From Neodothiora populina (Eukaryota): DNA of 64,000 bases. The notes beneath the pieces are model-generated. The model was not told the origin of the DNA. It saw nothing but the letters and a program-made list of their open reading frames with translations, and did no database searches. Where the stretch lies: contig NW_027191404.1 of assembly GCF_041146345.1 (NCBI RefSeq), forward strand, positions 372,001 through 436,000, written 5' to 3'. The first letter of the stretch is position 1, and every line of letters starts with the position of its first letter. Shown piece by piece: positions 1-10,560 of the stretch. The translations under genes were made by a program, and so were the position numbers.

Positions 1-2339
1 AATTGCGTGTCACAGTTGGTTTCCCGGCTAACCTGAGTTTCTTCTTCCATCTGGAAGTCTCGAGACCGTGAGGCGTCATGCCGCCGGCAACCGGAATCCC
101 ATACCCGTGCTTCGGCGCCTGGCAAGTCACCACAACCTGCAGTACTGAAAGAGGACAGCTGCACTTCCAGTCGCCTTGACTCATCTCCCGTGGTTGACCT
201 CGAAGGTCTATCTCGCACTGAGTACGTTCTGATACCCCCACGTGATCATCAAACAACATCTCTTTGCCGAAATAGCACCAAGCCCGAGTCGAGACACCCG
301 AACAAGTGTTGTTCCGATGGACCAGGACCTAGTGCCGGCAGAACTAGCCGACCCACGTTTTGCTCCCATTGACGTCTTTTCACCCACAGATACAGTGAAC
401 TTGAAGCTCTTCGCAGACGTTGCACAGTACGTGACGGCGCTACGCAGTCCTTGCCAATCTGTCTTCTAAAATTGGGATTGGACATTGAGTCCTTCAAATC
501 AGCCCATGCTGTTTGTAAAAGTACCCAAGATACTCTTTAGCGAGAGTGCAATCTACGTCACGGTTCCCGGCATGCCAAATATACCTTGCCGATGTGGTTT
601 ATCGCAAAAGGTCGTTCCCGCTTCCAGCAAATAATTACGATAAACTCGTCAGAGTGCAGATTCAGCCAATCCCTCGGGCCGTCCCCCAGCGCTTGAGATT
701 GAATTGGGTCCTTATCTAGTATGACGTGAGGGCACCTTGGCTGAGTGCTTGCTGCAAGTAAGGTACCTGGTATCTAGGCCGAGATTGCAACACGGGGAGA
801 CACAGTTCACAGATTGAGATTGGCAATTCGGCCCCATAGACTGGAGCAGCAAGGAGCGAACGATGCTGGACGAGCGGCGGCAAAGTATTAGTGACCGCTC
901 ATGCAGACTATTCGGAACATTTTTCAGTCATGTGTTGTTGCACTGGCTATCTATCACACTGACAATTCACCCTGCAGCTCTATTTTATGATATACGTTAT
1001 GTGCACAGAACTGTATCTGGTGCAGGAGTACAACACACAATCCGGTCCCAAGCGTCTTGGACCCTTGTTTCGTTGGACCCTTTGAATCAGACCCTGTACG
1101 AGCCGTGGAGTAAAAATCCGCGAGCCGTTTTTGGGCAACAGACAGTACGAAAGCACCAGCCTGCACCCAATCTCTTCCACATCTCCACGAGCGATGTCAT
1201 ACCTTAATCAAAAACGGGACAACCCAAAGTACCTAAACTTTCCACGAGACATCTTTCTCGTATAACCAATCCTGAAACACACTTTTGCCATCACAGATCC
1301 AGAGGGTGCGTAACCCCCTTCCCAAACCCCCCCACCCGAGATTTGAACAAGAATTGGAGAAGGGGGTCGCGTCGTCCGCTCAGGGACAATTATAAAGAAT
1401 TGATGATCAGGCGGGATGTCCGCGTAACCCCATGCTGATCGGCTTTCCCGTCGCCGTCGCTTGCGAAGTGCGCACGTTGACAATGTCATTTGGTGCTGTC
1501 GCTGCTGCTGCTGCAATATGCCTCACTCGTCCGCTTGGTGTGGATTCTCTTGCTCTGTTTCTTTTCTTGCCGATGTTCTCTGGATTGTGAGCAAAAGGTT
1601 GTGCGAGTGTGCTCCGTCATGAGTGGGTCTGTCCTCTCGTACCGTATGTTTGCGAGCAGAGGGAAAGAAAATTGGTTCATGCGAAACACACTGCGCATTG
1701 TCGCTCACATGCATTCATCCCGAGGCACAACGACACGGTGGGTACAGCAAACGTCACTTTTCCTTCGCGTTCGTCCCGACGCTGCGTCATGCTCGGTACA
1801 ACACTTCTAGAAGAAAAAAAAAGGGAGTCTAATGCCTAAGATGTGACACGACAAGTTTGGGGACACGAACGAATCCACCAGAGGTCAACACACCTCGTTT
1901 AGGTCCCGTTTGTTGGGGCTGACGACAAGGTGGATATAGTGGGTGACGACCAGTGTGTGAAATATTGCTTAAGCCGTCCTGAGTGCCTCGTGTTTGCCTT
2001 TGTCTTGAAGCGAGGCTTTTGTAGGTGATAGAATATGCCCGTTTCTCATGTACCCACTGCCTTCTTTACTTCTCTTTCCTCTCCTTTTATCAGCATCGCA
2101 TTTTTCTCAAGCCCTTGAATTCTCGAATGACCATCTTGGTATCTAAACATCGTATGTCAAGATAGGAAAGTCACGTGTAGCGAGGCCGCATACCGAAGAG
2201 CAGGCTCACACTCGTACCTGAATCATACTCTCTGCTTCAGTCGAACACTTCTATCTTTCTCGAGATCCTGAGTATCTGCAATCAATTTGTATTGCTCTTG
2301 TCAGCGGTGAGACGGCGTGATGTTACCTGACAACAAGCA

Positions 2340-4001
2340 ATGAATCACACTAAGGCAAGGTCATCAGTGATATATCTGGCGATGCCAGAATGTGGATTCC
2401 AGACAGGAGCGATTGCAGACAGGAGAGATGCTACAACGTATGAAGGACATACGTGGAATCAAATGTATTACGGAAACTTTTTGTATGCGAAGGCTTGTAT
2501 GATTCATATTCATGGGTACAGATGACCAAAAAGTCGAGATGACCGGGTATCATGATCTCTAGTATACATATCTCACTAGCGCACCAGCTTTGATCAGTGC
2601 TGAAGAAACAGAAAATAAGAGGATGCTGCAGCCAACGCAACTCTTCGCGTGTTCTTGTAGGAAACGAAATCCTCGCGACACTCAAACCCCCTTTCCGACC
2701 TTTGAGGCCAGGACCTGAATTCTTTCCATTTAGCAACAACGAGAGGGTCATTGATGTCGCCACCAGCTTGGATAGAGGCGAGGGTCTAGGGAATTGCAGC
2801 ACAACGTAGTTGCATACTGATCAGTGCAGGGGAGAGATCATCGTATTAATCATCTCTCTCCAGAGTGCAAATCAATACAAGGGTCGTCGCATTCGACCTA
2901 GAATGCTATACGAAGACAATCCATCAAGCGAAGCGGGGATCGAGGTAAAAGGTCGCGAATTGAGGTATGACATCCACGTAATTGTGCGGCTGATAGAGGA
3001 GTGAGAGTCGTATATCCATACCACATTGGCCTTGTGAGAGTACAGAATGTGATGAGCCACGACCTGATGTCCGGGTGCTCGGCGACACTTCCAAAAGCGA
3101 AATTTGACCACCAAGGCAAGTTGTATAGAACCGCCATTTCTTCTATCTCGAGGCCCCCATGGAGACCCCACGATTCGACTTGGTCGATCTAAACCAGATC
3201 TGGTAACCACCGTTTTCCGGTTAATATTGTGTCTGATAGACTTCGAAGTTTCTACCGACCTGTATGACAAGAACATGTTGCGGTCGCAATTGCTCCAAGC
3301 TCTATAAAGTGGTTGTGATGTCCTCCTTGTCGGACCAAGCCCGTTTGTATGTGGCTCAGCGTTGGCTTCCCATCGAGTCAGAATCTATCGGATATCTAGA
3401 TACGAGATCGACGTGATTGAAATTGGACTCATCACAGTCGTCTGTCTCGCACATGGATTTCACGTTCTTGAAAGAAGCTTGCAAGCTGTCATTGGAGTTG
3501 TCCTGCGCTGATACTATAGACTTTATCAAGCCGGGACGGAAGCCTATCTTCACCTGGGTCATCCCAATGGGATCAGAGGAACACAGAGTAATAGAGACTC
3601 GACTTTGATGGCCCGCGCATATCACGATCCTCCAAGTGTCACTGGTTCGAAGTTTTAATCTTCGCGGAAGATGGAGAGGACTTCTCATACATTTCCACCT
3701 TGTCCGAACCAGCACGTGAGATGTCCGGAACATTGCTATGGATTTGACCAGTAATTCCTCGCAGTATAGGCAAAGTGACGAGGACATGATCATGGGCAAT
3801 GAGCAGGCTCTGAACGCTCAATCGGCTGGGCCTGACCACATCCCAGGCATTCTTGACATGATCAGTAAAGTCATTGTTAACGAACTGTCGACGATGTATA
3901 CTCGTGCTCAAGTTAACATAGACTCGGTGCGCTCAGAGACTCAAGTGATTTGGAAGGTATTTTTTACTGGTAAGGCCATCGAGAACTCGTTATGTCAATA
4001 A
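2340..4001 (+). pseudogene. Heavily decayed large hypothetical-protein gene; fragments may extend upstream into 1-1207
   Basis: Successive protein-like plus-strand fragments broken by stops and frameshifts: FRLILCLIDFEVSTDLYDKNMLRSQLLQAL (ends 3304); shifted-frame YKVVVMSSLSDQARLYVAQRW; ORF 3417-3608; ORF 3738-4001 (EQALNAQSAGPDHIPGILDMI...WKVFFTGKAIEN). No intact long ORF. Confidence 0.45.
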
Positions 4002-4203
4002 TCTCATGTACAAAGCATTTTATCTATTACACCCAACGAGAATATCTGCCATCGCTGTTCCTATAACGACCATATCGATGCACTCTTTGAAGGAACACTA
4101 TGCTCTTGAGGCGACCAGTGACTGTCAGACCATGAGATTGGAGAGGTCATCTAGTAACAGGTCCGAGACCACGGCTGTCCACGGTGTTGCAATCTGCCGT
4201 TGG

Positions 4204-6761
4204 TCATGGTACCTCATCATAACCTGTGTTGATGGCTCCTAGCAGAATCTTCCATATATTTCCTGAGTAGCAGGGGTTGTGTCGACGATATCCCTACACA
4301 AAGAGTCAGCCCTGATTCCAGACGAGTAAGAGTATATGCATCTCGTACGGATCTGTCCCTAGATCGTCATCCAGATTCTTCAGCTTCTCGATTCCGGAAG
4401 GTTCATCGCCAAAGCGGATGAATTGCAAGCCCACTTGATCGCTGTTGACACGCCTTTCATCGATGGTTCTTGCCATTACTCTGATCGCACGAGCTGCATC
4501 ATCTTGCCATAGTCCATCTGTCAAGATATAGATACTCATCGGGCGGGGATTGCCGCCGAAAATGCCTGGTCGCCTGGATTGGAGCCTTTTCCCATAATCA
4601 ACGAGGATATTTTCTAAAACACTACCAAGGCGCGAGGGAGCAGATCTCATGTCCCTCATAGGCTGTATACGATTCAGCTTGTCAACTGAATTAATTTGCT
4701 TGAACTTCCCATGCCTTCCGTGGATAGTGAAGTATATGTCGATTCCATTGGGATCGTAGTCCTTTGTGATTTCGAGAAGCAGTTTTGTAAGGCTCTGGAC
4801 CGCCGGCCAATGCTGACTCATAGTCTTTGCGTTATCCAGTAGCAGCACCTGACAAAAGTTAAGCTCGAAGGCTCGATCTGGCGTGGTGTCGTTGGTTGAT
4901 ACATACATGATCCCTCTTATCGAGTTTATCCAACATCCCACCATCATCAAGTTTACCTAGTTTCGTTCTTCCTCTAAACACTTTCTCTGCTGCGTCTTCG
5001 ATGCTCATAAGAGGAAGACTGGGTCCCGGCGCGCTGATACTCATAGAAGGTCGACTGGGTCCAGGCTCGCTGATGCCAGCTGTCGCTTTCTCGATGATCC
5101 CTTTGATCTCTAGATACAGAGTCTGAGCACTAGGGCGCTGAGGCGGGGAGGAATTTAACATGTTACGAATCGGTCCCCTGAGGATCTCCAGGGTGAGTTG
5201 ATTGCTGCGAGATGATTCGTTGGAGAGTTCGCGGTGATGGTCCTTGACAATTTTCAACTTTCTTCTGCCGTTGTGGAAGCTAGGTCTCCCGTGCAGACCA
5301 CTTATTCCATCTGTCTCGTTACGCCGCTGTGCACGATACTTTTCCAACCCGTCGATACCATTTACTAGCCAAGTGACAGCCTCGCTAGCTATGCACCCAA
5401 GTGACCAGATATCAGCAGGCTGAGCGAGATGGGTATCGATTTGTTCCCAGGAGCCGTCCGTTTGTATCGTCTCGGGCGCAGCTAGAGCAAGAGAAGTCAG
5501 CCAGAGCGACCTCAAGATGTAAAGGCCTACATACCGTACTCAGCTGAGCCCCATGTATCACTCGTTTCAACACGACTTATCGACCCTCTAGAAACAGCTG
5601 TGGCGAAGTGACTCAATCCGAAGTCCGCCAGCTTAAAGGTATGGCTCTGATAAGCACGCATGTTTTCAACATTGAATACCAATATGTTAGTTGGTTTCAT
5701 GTCCCCATGCCACCTGGTATCATGTGTCAGTCTGGTTCGACAAAGCTGGCGCTAGTAACAAACCCATGGTAGCCCCCATTTTCGTGTACCATGGAGACGG
5801 TCGCGCTCAATGCCAACAAGAAGTTGCGCCAGAAGCTGGTGATATTCATTTCGTCTCGTGGAGGCATTGTGGTTTGGAAGTAGTCTTCTAGGGTTCCAGG
5901 TTCCGCGAACTCCAAGATGACATTGTATGTGCCACCGTGTGTAAATCCTGCAAAGAATTCCACAATCTGGGCATGTTCATTAGGTTCGCCGCTTCGCAGT
6001 CGCATGAAAGCTCTTGTTTCTCGTCCGTAGTGTAAAGCAGCATTAACTGTTTTGTTGTTGTAAGTCTTTAGGGCGTAGCTGTTGGACCTCAGTCTTGACT
6101 ACGCGATAGCTAGTCAGTTTGTTGTAGTAAAGATGACATGCGTTTATGGACCATGAATCGACAAAGATAGATCGTAACTTACAGGAGATTCCTCATCCTG
6201 TTGGAGGCGGTCGTAATCTTGGTGTATCCAAATCCGGTTTATAGTCGAACTTCCACCATCTGTCAACGGTCTACACTCAAGAAAAGGAAGGATCTGATCC
6301 TCGGGCACTTTTGCGTCATGGTGTCGTGTGAATGTTCTCGCACAAAACTCCCATTGTGCCTGATAGAACTTGTTGAATATCTCGGATTCATCTTTTGTAG
6401 ATACAGGGAAATTGGAGGGCCAATTAAGGAATGGTAGCTTCTCGTCGCAGAGATGTTCGTAACCTGTAAATGACTCGATGCAACGAATTTCATTGATCCG
6501 TACAAGTATGCATAGTACTCTTGCATACTTTTGAAAGATAATCTCAAGTGCTAGTGGAGGCGGGTCTGGGTGAAAGATATCGGCAAGCAGTCGATGAATT
6601 TGTTCGTAGTTCTCGAAATATTTAGTTACTTTGGACACTGGGACGAAGCCGATAGCCTTCTTGAGATCATGGTTAGATCTTCCGTCTTCCCTACTCCTCT
6701 CTAGATACTGTAGGAGCTCTCGGGTACTGCGATGGAGGTATTCGGGGGGATGATTCGACAT
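4204..6761 (-). CDS. Ser/Thr protein kinase with C-terminal von Willebrand factor A (vWA) domain; last exon apparently frameshifted
   Basis: Spliced model with introns about 6099-6182, 5714-5763, 5482-5534, 4849-4906, 4294-4348. Kinase motifs YALK, HGDMKPTNIL, LADFG, YAAPE, DIWSLGC. vWA motifs VLLLDNAKTM, DPNGIDIYF, SIYILTDGLW, VGLQFIRFG. The spliced frame stops at 4239-4241; an alternative frame ends at 4204. Confidence 0.85.
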
Positions 6762-7265
6762 CGATGACTGACGTGAAACCGGTTATATTCTACACGAATG
6801 TCGCTTTAGATCAGTCAAATTACATTATAGAGAATCTGCCGAGTTCTGTTATTTGCTGTCTGGTGCAAGGAATAATGATGGTGCAAAGGAATCTTGTGTA
6901 GGCATCCGATAGGTTTGCTTACAATGAGGAGTGGACCGAAGATAAGTGGGGGGAGGGGTCGGTACGTGATCACATCAGCTGCTTATATATGTTGAGCCGA
7001 TAGGCGACTGGTCCGTCTACACTGCCTCCATTTCTGTTGCAAGGAGGGGCTTAGAAAGAAGGCGCAAGTGTCATTGCATGCAGGGTCCGATCAAAGGCCA
7101 ACTTCGCCTGTAGGTTGACCACCCAATCAGACATGAGAACATAGATACAGTATTCGATGAACGGAACCCTTCCACAAATGCCAACTCCCACTGCAAAGAT
7201 ACTTCCGAAGACCAGATTAAGGGAATGCGCTCAGAGGTAGACCAGAAAGATTGTTAAGGAAAGTC

Positions 7266-9149
7266 TTATGCTGATAACGAAACCTGCCTCGGAGAACGTC
7301 CACGTCTTTCCGAGGAATATAACAAAGCCCAAACAGCAAGTGTAAGTACGATCAAAGGGAAGGTCAGGGCCATGAAAAACTTCACGGCTCCAACGTAGAC
7401 GATTCGCTCGGCTTTGTTGGTGACTCCGTTAGTATCCCAAGTTACTATGTCGGTGCTCATGATTGTCTACATGCTATCGTGAGTATTACACGCATGGCTT
7501 AGTATGGCAGAGCTGACTTACTGAAACGAATGTGCCAGGTAGGAAGATGAGCGTGATAAAGGTAATTATCCTCATACTGACAGTCTCCTGTTGAGTCTCT
7601 CTGGCCAATTTGTGCATATCTTTCGTGATACCTTCCATGTCCTGCGTGGACAATTTGCTGGCCTTCATGTTGAGATAATTGAGTAAGCCATATAGCTGCA
7701 CGGTGTCAGTCATCACTTCACAGCAGTGATGGTAGACTTACCAAGCTCTTCCGGTCTTCAACTAGTTTTGCCAACGTCTCCGCGCGTTCTTGGTCAATTC
7801 TCAGCAGCCTTTCCAACTCCTGGAGTTGTCGGTCAAATTGCGCATGATATTCTTCGATCTCGGCCATGGAAAGCATTCCAAGGTCGGCATCAATCAAGTC
7901 CCGGTAGTGGCTCCTTAAAGTCGTAAAAATTTCTTTGTTTGATTCCAAGATCAGGATGGCTTCGTTGCATTTGTCTCCTATGTCTTGTGTTCTCTGCAGT
8001 CTGTCGAAATCGAATCCGAGTCCACTAGATCCTGTATACCGATCATTGAAATGGGCAAACTTAGGCTTTTCGGGAGAAGCAATGTCTGATGAAATGGTTG
8101 ACCGTGTCTTCAGTGATAGAGTCTTCTCCGTGATGCGTCTGATTAGACCTTTATTCTCCAGGGGATCTTGAGAGACAGAGTCTGCCCGGTCATCCGAATC
8201 TTGCGGTCCGTCATCAGCTATAATATGTAAGCCCTTTCTTGTAAGATGCTGTAGCTGAGCTTCTAAAAAATTGATATACCAGCGCCAGTTCTCCACTGCC
8301 CAACGACAGAGAACAAGGTGAATGGCAAACGAAGTCCTAAATCCGACACCAACAGAAGTTGTGCCGTTCGAGGGAGACATAGTCATAACATCTTCCAGTG
8401 ATTTCATTCGTTTTGATAGTAGTTTGTCGGCTTTGACATGTATCCACGTGCTTCGCCCAGTAACCAAATCGAGCGAGTGGTAGAGTGCTGCTTGACGAAC
8501 CGACCAAGGTCAATTCGGCTGGTACGGATGCTTCTCCGGGGCTCTTAAGTTGTAACATATCTCGAACATGGATGTAGATCTCCCAAGTGACGGAATAGCT
8601 GGTCTTTTTCCTGTTCCCAAGACGGGGCTCAAGACATAGCAATTCGTGTAGTTGAAATCGTGTTGTTCCTCCCGTTGCTCCCCGTTCTGCTCGGACATAC
8701 CGAATGAAAGTAGGACATCTACAAAATGTGGCATTACTTGGTGATAAGATAACAACAAATTCGCTGTAGCATGGGTCATCCGAAGTGGCGAACGCGAATT
8801 ATCTGAAGTCAGGAAGCTATGAATGAGATCAGTGTCCGTAAAATAAGACGTAGAGGAGTTTTTCTGACATGAAACGTGACACTGGATCATGATCCCGTGA
8901 CAATTCGTCTAGTCCTAGGTGTTTCTGTAGCGCAATTCTACTTGCACACTTTATCTCTTTGCCGCCTTGATGATGATACGTCTTTCGCTCCCATAGTGTT
9001 ACCAGGTCTGTTGTGTCGAACAATCTCGAGGCCCGGGTATCCAAAGGTTGCTTGAGCCATTCGCGTTGGTATAGATCATCACACGACCATAGAAGATTCA
9101 TCGGGTATTCTTCTCTCTGATGGCAGGACTTCACAAGAGCGTCAGACAT
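7266..9149 (-). pseudogene. Fungal CorA-like domain membrane protein with one in-frame TGA (pseudogene or recoded)
   Basis: Introns about 8817-8868, 7696-7741, 7467-7521. N-terminal LLSYHQVMPHFVDVLLSFG and PWSVRQAALYHSLD, coiled-coil stalk, then ETVSMRIITFITLIFLPGTFVSTIMSTD and a second TM helix, giving the CorA-like two-TM C-terminus. In-frame TGA at 8510-8512. Confidence 0.8.
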
Positions 9150-10560
9150 CTCGATTTAGAACTTGCCGATGTAATGATACATCTTTAAGGAGAACATTAG
9201 GTTTTCTTTATACCGGACAACTGTAGCCCCAAGCTATCTAGAAAACATACAGAACCTGCGGTCACATTGCTGCATGTGGGCAGTGCAACTCGTTCCAATT
9301 TCAAGGTATGCCAGGTCCCCCGCCCCCCGGGCTCAGCCGAGGCGTTTCACGCTGAGGTACCTTGTTCTAATCATGGTTTCTCGGCCTACCCTTGAGCAGC
9401 TGCTCTCTTTCTTCCTGCTCGTTTGTCAGCTTCAAGCAACAAGAAGATACCGGACGGACAATTGCATGTTGACATTTGTTAGGCGTCGCGGTACACGAAA
9501 AGCCCATTCGTTGTCTGCCCTCCACTGAGAAATCATGTCAACAATGTCGCCTGTTATTCTTCCTAAGGCAGCTACCCACCCTAATATGAAAGTTCATTGC
9601 CCCAAATAGTTCTCTTAGATAGCTCTCCACGGCCTCTTCCGTAAGGCGATAAGCAGGAACATAATCCATAACGCTTCGAGTAGACATAGCCGCGCAGGAT
9701 ATATCACGAAACCAGGCGTTTCCAGGTGGGATATTGATCTGGGCAAACTGCTTTTAAATGGATTGGTTGGATGTTGTGTTCAGATGGAGCCATGAAGCTG
9801 GCATGGCGGAGTCTTAAAGCTGTGCATGCCCTGCGAATGGCTCCGTACCAAACGAGCCACCATAGTGGAAGACCTTTGGGCATCATTGAAATCCTATCAA
9901 CTGTTCTCATGAGCCTCAAGTCGCCTCATTCTGAGCGTGAGTCTGCGTTTCATGGCTGCAAATTGGCGGACACTTTGATGGGCCTTTGGCCCCACTCGCT
10001 GTGAGCGCCTAACCGGTGAAGCCTTGATGGCGAATAACAAAACAATATGAGCCGACCTACAGGGCGGGCTGCATCGATTCCCCACCACAACACGGTACCA
10101 GTCAGCGCACCCTTACTGACCTATAGCCATAGAGTACGGCCCTCCAATTCGATGCCGAATCCATATGCGCACTTGCTGGAGTACGGCATCAGAAGCCCTG
10201 CGGCTCAGAAATCTCATTTACAGACCACAAATGAGAAGTTGACCAATTAAAGCTGGACTGAACACAGCAATAAGTACCTAACAGAGAAGCAGTCGTAATT
10301 CAGAAAGTGGCAGAATTAGCGTCGAGGTCATCCGAGTAGCCGGTCATGACCTTAGTTGGCACACGACATTCATGCAACAGCCTTGCGCCGCCCTCTGCGC
10401 CTCAGGCATCAATGACAAGTTGGATTCTACCTACGAGCATTCCGGATCAATGAGCTGCAAGCCAGATGTGCAAATATCAACACCTTCAGCCTCATAGGCC
10501 GGGTGGCACAAATACTTCGAGAATGTCCTGGGCAGGTCATTGAGCACACAGAGACACCAA

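Noticed and set aside
9270..10500. Short ORFs between the CorA-like and PLD genes
   Set aside because: No consistent strand, motifs or gene model.
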